This document shows positions 46,561 to 55,796 of a stretch of 64,000 nucleotides of DNA, piece by piece (positions within the stretch are counted from its first letter, which is position 1; each line of letters starts with the position of its first letter). Source of the stretch: Candidatus Undinarchaeota archaeon. GTDB lineage: Archaea > SpSt-1190 > JASMDC01. Below the pieces are notes generated by a model. It worked only from the letters and a program-made list of their open reading frames with translations. It ran no database searches and was not told where the DNA came from. Location of the stretch: positions 32,001 through 96,000 of the forward strand of contig CAZFHY010000013.1 in the NCBI GenBank assembly GCA_964519305.1, read 5' to 3'. The translations under genes and the position numbers were made by a program.

Positions 46561-47397
46561 ATGGAGAATCCCTACGTACCCATCTCCTCCACAATCGTGA
46601 ACCTGAAGGAGGAGGTCAAGGGCGAGCGCGCCATTACGACATTCAGGACAGAGTTCAAGGACAAGAAGCTTGCAGAAAGCTTCGACTTCATACCTGGCCA
46701 GTGCGCCATGGTCACCCTTCTGGGGAAAGGGGAGTGCTTCTTTGCCATCTCCTCCTCACCCACAAAGAAGGGGTACCTGGAGTTCAGCGTCATGAAGCTG
46801 GGCAAGGTGACCGACGCCCTCCACGAACTGGAGATCGACGATGTCCTTGGCGTCCGCGGGCCCTACGGGAACGGCTTCCCTGTTGACGAGTGGAAGGGCA
46901 AGAACATCCTCTGCATCGGGGGAGGTATCGGCCAGGCGCCACTGAGGTCGCTCATCCAGTATGTGATGGACAACCGGAAGGATTTCGGGAAGCTGGACGT
47001 GATCTACGGAGCACGTTCTACTGCCGACCTGTGCTACATGGACGAGTTCGAGGAGATGGAGGCACGCGATGATGTCGACGTCCATCTCTCCATCGACAAG
47101 GCCGAGGATGGCTGGAAGCGGTTCGTCGGGTTCGTCCCCGACAACCTCAAGCGCCTCGCGCCCTCGCCGAAGGACACAATCGCCATCACCTGCGGGCCAC
47201 CGATTATGATCAAGTTCGTGATCCAGGCCTTGGAAGGGCTCGGGTTCACCCCCGACCAGATATTCACGACCCTTGAGATGCGCATGAAGTGCGGTATCGG
47301 CAAGTGCGGCCGGTGCAACATCGGCAGCCTCTATGTATGCAAGGACGGTCCCGTGTTCTCATGGGAGGTCCTCAAGGACGTCAAGGGGGAGATGTGA
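46561..47397 (+). CDS. FlxA/AsrB-like FAD/NAD(P)-binding [2Fe-2S] subunit
   Basis: PGQ, RGPYGNGF, GGGIG.APL, CGPP.M and MKCGIGKCGRC...VC.DGPVF. Confidence 0.88.
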   Translation: MENPYVPISSTIVNLKEEVKGERAITTFRTEFKDKKLAESFDFIPGQCAMVTLLGKGECFFAISSSPTKKGYLEFSVMKLGKVTDALHELEIDDVLGVRGPYGNGFPVDEWKGKNILCIGGGIGQAPLRSLIQYVMDNRKDFGKLDVIYGARSTADLCYMDEFEEMEARDDVDVHLSIDKAEDGWKRFVGFVPDNLKRLAPSPKDTIAITCGPPIMIKFVIQALEGLGFTPDQIFTTLEMRMKCGIGKCGRCNIGSLYVCKDGPVFSWEVLKDVKGEM

Positions 47398-47402
47398 TCA
47401 CA

Positions 47403-47825
47403 ATGGCTAACGATTCATTCGAACCGGAGATCGTCGGGATCCTGTGCAACTGGTGCACCTACGCGGGGGCTGACCTCGCCGGGACCAGCAGGTTGGAGTA
47501 CCCGCCGAACATCAAGTCCATCCGTGTGATGTGCACCGGCAGGGTCGATCCCATGTTCGTGGTCAAGTCGCTGAAGGAGGGCGCCGACGGCGTGTTCATC
47601 AGCGGGTGCCACCTGGGCGACTGTCATTACCAGTCGGGCAACTACAAGTCGGTGAGGAGGATCGTTCTCCTCACTAGGATGCTGGAAGAAATGGGCATCA
47701 GTGCCGACCGCGTTGCCTTCGAGCACATCTCGGCGTCTGAGGGACAGAAGTTCGCCGACAGGGTTACCGAGTTCACCAACAGGCTCAAGGAGCTTGGTCC
47801 CAATCCCCTTAAGGAGGTCGAGTAA
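47403..47825 (+). CDS. mvhD: MvhD hydrogenase delta subunit
   Basis: CNWCTYAGAD, MCTGR and GCHLGDCHY. Confidence 0.92.
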   Translation: MANDSFEPEIVGILCNWCTYAGADLAGTSRLEYPPNIKSIRVMCTGRVDPMFVVKSLKEGADGVFISGCHLGDCHYQSGNYKSVRRIVLLTRMLEEMGISADRVAFEHISASEGQKFADRVTEFTNRLKELGPNPLKEVE

Positions 47826-47826
47826 G

Positions 47827-48840
47827 ATGGCCGAGAAGCTTAAAGTTGCATTTCACTGGCTCGCGTCCTGCGGTGGCTGCGAGGTCGCCGTGGTGGACCT
47901 GGACGAGAAGATCCTGGACGTTATCAAGGTCCTGGACATCCTGTTCTGGCCCGTGGCCCTGGACGGTAAGTACGAGGACATCAAGGCGATGCCCGACAAG
48001 TACCTGGACATCGCCATCATCAACGGCGCCGTCCGCACTACCGAGCAGGAAGAGCACGCCAAGCTCTTCCGCGCCAAGGCCAAGGTAGTCGTGTCCTTTG
48101 GTTCCTGTGCGTGTTTCGGCGGCGTACCCGCCCTGGCCAACCTGACCACAAAGGAGAAGATCCTGCAGACCGCGTACGAGACCACCGTGTCCACTGACAA
48201 CCCCAAGAAAACACGCCCCCAGCTGGAGACGAAGATGAACGGCCGTACGCTGGAGCTGCCGGACCTGTACGAGTCGGTGAAGGCACTGCACCAGGTCATC
48301 GACGTGGACTACTTCCTGCCCGGCTGCCCGCCCATGGTGCCTCTCATCGAGAAGCTCGTGGCCGTGGCCGCTAACTTCGCCGAGACCGGCGAGCTCCCGC
48401 CCAAGGGAGCGGTAATCGCTGGCGAGAAGACCCTGTGCGACGAGTGTCCGCTGGAGCGTAAGGAGAAGATGGTCGCCGGTATCGAGCGCCCTCATACCTT
48501 CGCGCCGCCCGATCCCGAGCGGTGCCTGCTGGAGCAGGGTCTCATCTGTATGGGGCCCGCCACACGCGACGGTTGTGACAGCCAGTGCATCAAGGCGAAC
48601 ATGCCCTGCCGGGGCTGCATGGGCCCCCCGCCGAAGGTGGATGACCAGGGCCTTAAGATGCTCTCCGCGCTTGCGTCCATCATGGGTGTCGAGAACGAGA
48701 CTGAGATGTCCCGCCAGGACCTCGAGGAGTTCATGAAGACGGTGCCCGATCCTTGGGGTACATTCTACCGCTTCGGTATGTCCACAGCGACGCTCAACAA
48801 GTCACTTGAGGGCGAGAAGCGAGAAACGGAGGAGAAATAA
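47827..48840 (+). CDS. mvhG: [NiFe] hydrogenase small subunit (group 3c)
   Basis: ASCGGC, GSCA..GG, PGCPP, CDEC and C.GP.T..GC...C...PCRGC. Confidence 0.92.
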   Translation: MAEKLKVAFHWLASCGGCEVAVVDLDEKILDVIKVLDILFWPVALDGKYEDIKAMPDKYLDIAIINGAVRTTEQEEHAKLFRAKAKVVVSFGSCACFGGVPALANLTTKEKILQTAYETTVSTDNPKKTRPQLETKMNGRTLELPDLYESVKALHQVIDVDYFLPGCPPMVPLIEKLVAVAANFAETGELPPKGAVIAGEKTLCDECPLERKEKMVAGIERPHTFAPPDPERCLLEQGLICMGPATRDGCDSQCIKANMPCRGCMGPPPKVDDQGLKMLSALASIMGVENETEMSRQDLEEFMKTVPDPWGTFYRFGMSTATLNKSLEGEKRETEEK

Positions 48841-50334
48841 ATGGCAGACGACCTTTCAGAGAAGGCGAAGAAGGAGCGCCGGTTGACAATAGACCCGATT
48901 ACGCGCCTTGAGGGGCACGGCAAGATCGAAATCTTCCTTGACGATAAAGGCGATGTCGAGAACGCGGTCCTACAGGTGCCCGAGCTCAGGGGTTTCGAGC
49001 AGTTCGCTGTTGGACGTCCCGGTGAGGAGATGCCCCGCATCACGCCACGTATCTGTGGCGTGTGCCCCATCGCGCACCACTTCGCCTCCACAAAGGCGCT
49101 GGACGCATGCTACAACGTGAAGCCCACTTCGGCTGCATTGAAGCTGCGAGAGCTTATGTACTCCGGGGCCTACCTCTACGACCACACCCTGCACTTCTAT
49201 TTCCTTGGGGGGCCCGACTTCGTCGTCGGCCCCACTGCCCCGAAGATGGAGCGCAACATCCTAGGTGTCATCGGCAAGGTCGGCCTGGACATAGCCGGCG
49301 AGGTCATCAAGCACCGTGCCTACGGCCAGAAGATACAGGCCATGCTCGGTGGTAAGGCCACTCACCCCGTGTGTGGTCTACCTGGCGGCGTGTCCAAGGG
49401 CCTGAACGAGGAAGAGGTCGAAGAGATTAAGCAGATGGCCGATTCCTCCGTTGAGTTCGCCAAGTTCAGCCTACAGATCTTCAACGACGTCGTGCTGAAG
49501 AACAAAACCTATGTGGACATCATCCTGGGGGACACCTACACGTTCCCGACCTACTACATGGGTCTGGTGGACGAGAACAACAAGGTGAACTTCTACGACG
49601 GAAAGGTCCGCGTGGTCGATCCCGAGGGCAAGGAGTACGTCAAGTTCGAGGAAAAGGACTATCTCGACCATGTGGCCGAGCACGTCGAGCCGTGGTCGTA
49701 CTGCAAGATGCCCTTCCTCAAGAACATAGGCTGGAAGGGGCTCACTACAGGCAAGGACTCGGGCATCTACCGCGTAGCGCCGCTGGCGCGGCTCAACGCC
49801 GCTGACGGCATGGCCACACCGCTGGCTCAGGAGGCCTACGACCAGATGTACGAGATCCTTGGTGGCAAGCCGGTGCACTCCACTCTGGCATTCCACTGGG
49901 CACGGCTCATCGAGCTGCTGTACGCCTGTGAACGACTCCAGGAGCTGGCGAACGATCCGGAAATCCTCTCGGACGACATCCGTGCCGAACCGGGAGAGCC
50001 CGGAGAGGGCGTCGGTGTGATCGAAGCCTGTCGCGGTACGCTGTTCCACCATTACAAGCTGGACGATAAGGGCATGATCGAGAAGGCCAACCTCATCGTG
50101 GCCACGGTGAATAACTATGCCGCGATCAACGTCACCGTCAAGCAGGCCGCGTCCTCGCTCATCCACAACTTCCAGGTGGACGAGGGCATCCTGAACATGG
50201 TGGAGATGGCCTTCCGTGCGTACGATCCGTGCTTCGGGTGCGCCACCCACACCCTCCCGGGGCAGATGCCCATGGAGGTCAACCTCCGCACGCGCGGAGG
50301 GGACGTGTTCAAGCGGTTCAGTCGGGGGATCTAA
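48841..50334 (+). CDS. mvhA: [NiFe] hydrogenase large subunit (group 3c)
   Basis: TRLEGH, RICGVC and RAYDPCFGCATH with a cleavable C-terminal extension. Confidence 0.95.
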   Translation: MADDLSEKAKKERRLTIDPITRLEGHGKIEIFLDDKGDVENAVLQVPELRGFEQFAVGRPGEEMPRITPRICGVCPIAHHFASTKALDACYNVKPTSAALKLRELMYSGAYLYDHTLHFYFLGGPDFVVGPTAPKMERNILGVIGKVGLDIAGEVIKHRAYGQKIQAMLGGKATHPVCGLPGGVSKGLNEEEVEEIKQMADSSVEFAKFSLQIFNDVVLKNKTYVDIILGDTYTFPTYYMGLVDENNKVNFYDGKVRVVDPEGKEYVKFEEKDYLDHVAEHVEPWSYCKMPFLKNIGWKGLTTGKDSGIYRVAPLARLNAADGMATPLAQEAYDQMYEILGGKPVHSTLAFHWARLIELLYACERLQELANDPEILSDDIRAEPGEPGEGVGVIEACRGTLFHHYKLDDKGMIEKANLIVATVNNYAAINVTVKQAASSLIHNFQVDEGILNMVEMAFRAYDPCFGCATHTLPGQMPMEVNLRTRGGDVFKRFSRGI

Positions 50335-50360
50335 TCCCCCGGCCACCGCCGGCCGCACGC

Positions 50361-50921
50361 ATGCCTCGACGTACGCTCCTGCTGGGACTGGGCAATCCCC
50401 TTCTCAGTGATGACGCTGTCGGGCTGGTTCTGGCCCGAAAGGTGTACAGGGCGCTCGCAGCCCATCACGGGCTAGGTCCTGCAGGTCTTGAGCATGAACC
50501 ACCACTCGGGGAGCTGGACCTGCCGGCGCCCGAGCTGACGCTCCCCAACGGGGATGTGGTGGGGCTCGCCGAGGCCGCTATATCAGGTATCGCAGTGCTC
50601 GATGTCGCTTGCGGCTGGGACCTGCTGGTGCTGATGGATTCCATCAAGACCGTTGGCGGAAAACCAGGTATGGTGATGCGACTTGGGCTCGAAGCCTTTC
50701 AGGATACTGTGCGCACGGCATCACCGCACGACCTGAACTTAGCCTCGGCTCTCGAGTTCGGTGCCAAACAGGGATTCGACGTCCCCGATGAGTTCGTGAT
50801 CTACGCCATCGAAGCGGTGGACGTGCTCACCTTCAACGAAGGATTGTCACCCCAGGTCGAGAACGCCCTGGATGGGGCGGTGGACCAGATACTGCGCGAG
50901 CAGTTCAACGTGGACGGCTGA
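50361..50921 (+). CDS. hydrogenase maturation endopeptidase
   Basis: LGLGNPLLSDDAVG, DS...G..PG and SPH. Confidence 0.9.
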   Translation: MPRRTLLLGLGNPLLSDDAVGLVLARKVYRALAAHHGLGPAGLEHEPPLGELDLPAPELTLPNGDVVGLAEAAISGIAVLDVACGWDLLVLMDSIKTVGGKPGMVMRLGLEAFQDTVRTASPHDLNLASALEFGAKQGFDVPDEFVIYAIEAVDVLTFNEGLSPQVENALDGAVDQILREQFNVDG

Positions 50922-50930
50922 GCGCGGCGT

Positions 50931-51527
50931 TCAGGTATACCTGAACACTATCTCAGCCCCTGCCATGGCCTCGGCGTACTCGCGTTGGGCCTTGGCAGCG
51001 TCCGAGTGGTCGAGTAGCGTCTCCAGACCAGAGCAGATACCAAAGCATCCCAGAGGCTCCAGACTGTGTGCTGTGAGCGCGACCGCCAGCTCCGCAACAC
51101 CCAGAGCGGGCAGTGTCAGGTGGGCAGCGATCCCAGCACCGATGAGCCCGACACCCATGGCGATGCGCTTGTAGCCCTCGGCCTTGCCGCCCTCCACATG
51201 CTCCGCTGCTTGCTCGGCCATCTCACTGAAGTAGCCGCGGATTGAGCCCTCAAACTCCTCCTCCATTTCCTTCGAGTATGCGGTGGTGGGCATGTCGAGC
51301 TCGATCCTGAGGTTCGAGTAGTCAGTTGGTTCCGTATGACGGAAGAGGTCACCGATCCTGGAGAACAGACCCTTATGCTCGTTGTGTCCGTATATCTCAT
51401 GGAACTGGCCTTCGAGGTAGTCCGTGAACTCCGAGCTGAGTGCATCGCCCTCGCCGTACCGTGAGCAGATGTCACCGTAGGACTCCAGGTTGATAGTGAT
51501 GGTCGCGTCTTCCATTATTTGCACCAC
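50931..51527 (-). CDS. hypothetical membrane protein (2 TM)
   Basis: Host-like codon usage and a hydrophobic hairpin near the C-terminus. Start GTG 51527 or ATG 51515. Confidence 0.65.
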   Translation of the reverse strand: MVQIMEDATITINLESYGDICSRYGEGDALSSEFTDYLEGQFHEIYGHNEHKGLFSRIGDLFRHTEPTDYSNLRIELDMPTTAYSKEMEEEFEGSIRGYFSEMAEQAAEHVEGGKAEGYKRIAMGVGLIGAGIAAHLTLPALGVAELAVALTAHSLEPLGCFGICSGLETLLDHSDAAKAQREYAEAMAGAEIVFRYT

Positions 51528-51561
51528 TTAACGGGTTAATTTTGGCGACTTAACCCGTTAA
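51528..51561. promoter_or_regulatory. inverted repeat TTAACGGGTTAA-N10-TTAACCCGTTAA
   Basis: Perfect 12-bp arms at 51528-51539 and 51550-51561. The same motif occurs at 62235-62246 and a variant at 61231-61242. Confidence 0.6.
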
Positions 51562-51570
51562 TAAACCTTC

Positions 51571-52503
51571 TCATTGTATCGACGGAACACTCTTCCTGAA
51601 CGGCGGCTCGTCAATCCCCCGTGGCCCGTGGTACAGTTCGCTCAGCTCCAACATTGTCAAGAGCCGCACCCACATCGTCGTGATCTCCCGTGTAATCGGG
51701 TGCTCGGGTACATGCTCCACCACGGCCTTCTCAGCTACCATGGCCTCGGTGACAACGTTGTCGTAGGGGAGCTCACCCACGACCATGACATCGTTCTCTT
51801 TGGCCCATTCCTTGAGCTCACATGTTATGTCCGGATTAAGGTCGCTCTTGTTGATGCACAGGGCGGGAGTGATGCTGAAGTGCCGGGCGACCCCCACCAC
51901 CCGCTGGACGTCGTGTAGCCCTGAGCGTGTGGGCTCGGCCACCGCGAGCACGAGGTCGGTGTTGGCGATGGCAGCGATGACTGCGCACCCGATGCCCGGC
52001 GGGCCGTCGATGATGGCCAGCGCCTTGTCGCTTGCCTCCGCCAACGCCCTGGTCTTGGCGCGCACCCGGGACACGAGCTTCCCACCGGCCTCTTCTCCAA
52101 TGTTGAGCCTAGCATGGACCATCGCGCTATGTCGTGTGTCGGAGACATACACCTCGCCAGTGTCCGCGTCCTCCATGGCGATGGCGCCATCCGGGCACAC
52201 GACCACGCATACGCCGCACCCCTCGCACGCGTACGGATCGATGACCAACTCGCGGATGGCGTTGAAGCGGCATGCCTCCTCACAGATTCCACATCTCGTG
52301 CACTTCTTGGTATCCATCACGGCCTTCCTCGAGCCGGAGAAGTCCTCCTTCTCCCGAACGGTGGGGCTAAGGATGAGGTGGAGGTCGGCCGCGTCCACGT
52401 CGCAGTCAGCCAGTAAGGCGCTCCGGGCAAGGGCCGCAAAGGAGGCCGTGACGCTCGTCTTGCCCGTGCCGCCCTTCCCGCTGACGACCGCGAGCTGCTT
52501 CAT
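51571..52503 (-). CDS. MinD-superfamily P-loop ATPase with inserted ferredoxin (COG1149)
   Basis: SGKGGTGKT, DCDVDA, two CxxCxxCxxxC motifs, DGPPGIGC and EPT.SG.HD. Confidence 0.9.
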   Translation of the reverse strand: MKQLAVVSGKGGTGKTSVTASFAALARSALLADCDVDAADLHLILSPTVREKEDFSGSRKAVMDTKKCTRCGICEEACRFNAIRELVIDPYACEGCGVCVVVCPDGAIAMEDADTGEVYVSDTRHSAMVHARLNIGEEAGGKLVSRVRAKTRALAEASDKALAIIDGPPGIGCAVIAAIANTDLVLAVAEPTRSGLHDVQRVVGVARHFSITPALCINKSDLNPDITCELKEWAKENDVMVVGELPYDNVVTEAMVAEKAVVEHVPEHPITREITTMWVRLLTMLELSELYHGPRGIDEPPFRKSVPSIQ

Positions 52504-53201
52504 GCCCTCGCCTCCACGAACACGTCCTCCACGGCAGCCCCCCAGTCGCGTCTTCCTCCGCCCTGGCTCACCGATGCAAGCAAGGTGCCTCTGTCGACAA
52601 CATGCACCCCAGCGATGGCATCCGCCCCATACTCGAAGAGCACGGGGGAGAGGGGAGTTGTGGGGCCGATGACCAGTGTGTAGCCTCCCGACCACGTGAG
52701 CACGTCCTCCAGGGTATGGTTCACCACAGCGGTCCCGCTCAAGACCACAAGGTCGCAGTCAGGCAGCATGTCCTCCTCAGCGCTCATGGGTAGTTGGCCC
52801 CCCGCAGGCATCGCCTCGAACACCAGGGGCCATACACCATGGGCGTTGAGCCTTCGCACGAGCGGCTTGAAGTCGCCCACGATACCGATGCGCTTGGCGT
52901 TGTCGGCCAGCTCTACGATATGGTCGAACACGTTCAACCGACGTCCCGTCATAGGAGGCAGGCATGCGTTTAGGCTGGCAGCGCCGATGGCCGCCTCCAC
53001 TAGGTTGTCCGAGCGGACCAGGGGAATCAGGTCCCTGCCCACCAGTCTCCCCACGGCCGTAGGGGTGTTCCGGTGACCGGGGAATGTGTGGGCCAGCCCC
53101 GTGCGTCCGTTCACCGTCACGGCGGTATACTTGATCCCAACACAGATATCATGTGCGACCCCGCCATTGGCAGTTGCTATCACATCGTCGATGAGCGTCA
53201 C
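52500..53201 (-). CDS. DUF364 family Rossmann-like protein
   Basis: AIG.A..NA, IVG.F.P, LSGT.VVN.T and IGPTTPL...LF..G. Confidence 0.8.
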   Translation of the reverse strand: MTLIDDVIATANGGVAHDICVGIKYTAVTVNGRTGLAHTFPGHRNTPTAVGRLVGRDLIPLVRSDNLVEAAIGAASLNACLPPMTGRRLNVFDHIVELADNAKRIGIVGDFKPLVRRLNAHGVWPLVFEAMPAGGQLPMSAEEDMLPDCDLVVLSGTAVVNHTLEDVLTWSGGYTLVIGPTTPLSPVLFEYGADAIAGVHVVDRGTLLASVSQGGGRRDWGAAVEDVFVEARA

Positions 53202-54040
53202 TGTCGATCACCGATCCTCTCGAACATCCGCGTAAAACCGCGTCGCATGGCGGGGAGCCGGGAGGTGAAGGGTACACCCTCGGAATACAGACGGGCAATC
53301 CGCCGGTCGTTGGGGATGCGCAGGTCCACGGGTATACCCTCACCCTTGCAGTACCATTCCACGTACTCGTCACCCACGCCGTCGCGGTTGATGACCACCG
53401 AGAAGGGGATCTCGAGAAGGCGGACCACGTCCACGGCAATCCGCAGGTCGTGGAGACCGAAAGGTGTGGGCTCGGTGACCAAGATGCAGTAATCCACACC
53501 CTTGAGCGACTCGATAACAGGACAGGCCGTCCCCGGCGGGCAATCCAGGATTATCAATCCCTCGTCGCCCGCGGTCGCCTTCACCTGAGCGATGAGGGGG
53601 GATGCCATGGGCTCACTGATGTTCAGCTTCCCGTGGACGAAGGTAATGCTTCGGAACTCGCCCCTCTCCACTACACCGATCTCCCGGGGCACCTCGGTGA
53701 TGGCATCCTCGGGACACACAAGGGCACACCCGCCACACCCGTGGCAGAGTTGGGGGAATACGAGCACCTGTTTAGAGAACGTGGCCATGGCGTTGTAGGC
53801 GCAGAAGCGGGAGCATGCACCGCAGTGGGTGCACTTCTCCTCGTCGACCTCGGGTATAAGGATGGTTGCTGGCCGAGATTCATTGATAGTGGGGCGGAGG
53901 AATATGTGCGCGTTGGGTGCCTCCACGTCACAGTCGGTTAACACCACGTCGTCACGTTCCACTGCCAGTGTGAGTGCCAGGTTCACCGCCACAGTGGTCT
54001 TTCCTGTGCCGCCCTTGCCACTGGCAACGGCAACCCTCAT
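53198..54040 (-). CDS. MinD-superfamily P-loop ATPase with inserted ferredoxin (COG1149)
   Basis: ASGKGGTGKTT, DCDVE.PN, CTHCGAC, CHGCGGC, DCPPGT.C and EPTPFGLHD. Confidence 0.9.
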   Translation of the reverse strand: MRVAVASGKGGTGKTTVAVNLALTLAVERDDVVLTDCDVEAPNAHIFLRPTINESRPATILIPEVDEEKCTHCGACSRFCAYNAMATFSKQVLVFPQLCHGCGGCALVCPEDAITEVPREIGVVERGEFRSITFVHGKLNISEPMASPLIAQVKATAGDEGLIILDCPPGTACPVIESLKGVDYCILVTEPTPFGLHDLRIAVDVVRLLEIPFSVVINRDGVGDEYVEWYCKGEGIPVDLRIPNDRRIARLYSEGVPFTSRLPAMRRGFTRMFERIGDRQ

Positions 54041-54145
54041 ACACAATCACCCTGAGTGAGCACGATGGAGCCCGGCCCCATGTACATGTCGAACGGCCCT
54101 ACCCCTGACAGGCCTGTCCTTCTGAGGCTCGGGATGCTCGCAGCA

Positions 54146-54553
54146 TCATGTACATGGCCCATCGTGGTGGTGCTCGCCCCCGTGGTCGCACTCTTCCTTC
54201 TCCAGTCCGTAGCCCTTACCACCGCCGTGCGTGCAGGCGCTCTCACCACCCTTCAGTGTCCCGTCCACAATGGCCCGGATGACATCCTTCACCGGTCCTT
54301 GTACACCCAGCACGTAGCTAATGCCTACCTGGTCGAAGAGCATAGTGGCCCGTGGCCCCATACCGCCGGCTACTATGCACTCAGCACCGATCTCGTGAAG
54401 GAACCGGGGGATGAGGCCCGGCTGGTGCCCCGGGTTCGGGATCTTCTCCCGCTCAACGACCTCCCCATCTTCAATTGTAAGAATCGTGAAGATGGGGCAC
54501 CTGCCGAAGTGGGCGGATACGTTTTCACCGTCGGTCGATATCGCGTACTTCAT
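54146..54553 (-). CDS. NifB/NifX-family protein with His-rich tail
   Basis: VSAHFGRC and GGMGPRA; C-terminal CTH...CDHGGEHHH. Confidence 0.85.
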   Translation of the reverse strand: MKYAISTDGENVSAHFGRCPIFTILTIEDGEVVEREKIPNPGHQPGLIPRFLHEIGAECIVAGGMGPRATMLFDQVGISYVLGVQGPVKDVIRAIVDGTLKGGESACTHGGGKGYGLEKEECDHGGEHHHDGPCT

Positions 54554-54573
54554 GGTTCACACCTCGTGCTCGT

Positions 54574-54948
54574 TCAGAGCCTCCCCCCGCGCATCCCCAG
54601 CGGGCCCAGCGATGGTTCTTTCGGCTCCTCTAACTCACCCTTCTTGAAGCGCTCCAAGGCCTCAGCGGCCCTGCTCGAGGCGCCGATGTACATGTGGATA
54701 TTGGCTGCAGTGAGAGCGTTGAAAGCGTTGGGACCAACATGTCCCGTGATGACAGCTTCCACACCAATGTCAGCCATCCGCTGGGCGGACGCGATGCCCG
54801 CGCCGCGGGCGGCATCGTTCGAGTCGTTTGCGACGGCCTCTGCCGCCCCCGTCTCGCTGTCGACGATGAGGAAGTAGGCGCACCTCCCGAAACGGGGGTC
54901 CACGCCGTCCTCTAGTGTCTTTCCATATGAGGTTATGCAGATTTTCAT
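54574..54948 (-). CDS. NifB/NifX-family (orange-protein-like) protein
   Basis: DPRFGRC.YF, GAGI..AQ and ITGHVGPNAF. Confidence 0.85.
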   Translation of the reverse strand: MKICITSYGKTLEDGVDPRFGRCAYFLIVDSETGAAEAVANDSNDAARGAGIASAQRMADIGVEAVITGHVGPNAFNALTAANIHMYIGASSRAAEALERFKKGELEEPKEPSLGPLGMRGGRL

Positions 54949-55015
54949 GCTCGTCAAGCCTCTCCCGAACAACCTTACCATGAGAAAGAGTGATAAATGC
55001 ATGCTGTGATATATC

Positions 55016-55651
55016 TCAAACAATCACTTCTGTCTCACAGTGACGGTCGCCGCGGGGCATGCTCTTCTTGATCTGAAGTGTAACGGGCCGTTTAAGGAGG
55101 GATTCAAGGACACCTGTCTTGAGCCCGTTGCACACCTGGCAGAGGGAAGGACGCGTGGCTGCGTACTTATAGAGCGGACAGCGGTAGATCCGAAAGGTCG
55201 TGGGTTGACCCTCATCAGCTACATCGATCTCGAACACCTCGTCCTCCGTGGACATCTCATAGCAGATCTGCTGGATGACGTCCGATAGTACCTCCCTTTC
55301 ATTGGTATGGTGAGAGAAATAGGGCGCCATTTCCCTCCCTACCTGACGGGCGAGATTTGCGCACAACGCATCGGCTTCCGACTCGGAGACCTGGTGGGTC
55401 ATGGCCTCGTAATCGAGGAATCCCTTCACCATCTCCATGCAGACGTCGAACCAGAAACCCTTCCTTGTCTTAGAGTAGTTCCAGAGGTTGACCCTTCCCA
55501 CTCGCAGGCGTTCGGTTGCACCCTCGGATTCCAAGGCCGCTAGCGCGTTCTGGGCAGTGTTCCATGACACATCGAGCTCACGAGCTATGTCGTGAGTGGT
55601 CTTGGGACCGCCTGAGCGAAGTTCGTGGATTATTCGTTCGGTGAGTGTCAT
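55016..55651 (-). CDS. winged-HTH + V4R-like domain transcriptional regulator
   Basis: N-terminal HTH (THDIARELDVSWNT...L..LE); C-terminal CP......C....G...G...KSM.RGD..C. Confidence 0.75.
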   Translation of the reverse strand: MTLTERIIHELRSGGPKTTHDIARELDVSWNTAQNALAALESEGATERLRVGRVNLWNYSKTRKGFWFDVCMEMVKGFLDYEAMTHQVSESEADALCANLARQVGREMAPYFSHHTNEREVLSDVIQQICYEMSTEDEVFEIDVADEGQPTTFRIYRCPLYKYAATRPSLCQVCNGLKTGVLESLLKRPVTLQIKKSMPRGDRHCETEVIV

Positions 55652-55658
55652 GGTAGTT

Positions 55659-55686
55659 ATGATATATCATGAGAAATATTAATATT
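55659..55686. promoter_or_regulatory. adjacent palindromes ATGATATATCAT and AATATTAATATT in the divergent regulator/mrp promoter
   Basis: Perfect 12-bp palindromes at 55659-55670 and 55675-55686. Confidence 0.4.
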
Positions 55687-55796
55687 CTTTTCCACGACCC
55701 CCCGCTTGTGAGAAGAAGGAGTGCGTGCGTCCACCGGCGAGGTCCATTATCAATAGTGAGCACACTAGGGATGATCCGGACAAAGAATCATGATGC

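Noticed and set aside
37243-50334. Selenocysteine recoding in HdrA, MvhD or MvhA, prompted by the nearby ssnA
   Set aside because: All relevant positions are Cys codons (DCSAC, CNWC, DCHY, DPCFGC) and the ORFs have no in-frame TGA.
45561-50334. Group 3b sulfhydrogenase (beta, gamma, delta, alpha)
   Set aside because: An mvhD lies between the modules, the hydrogenase subunits look like MvhG/MvhA, and the order fits flxDCBA. A phylogeny would settle it.
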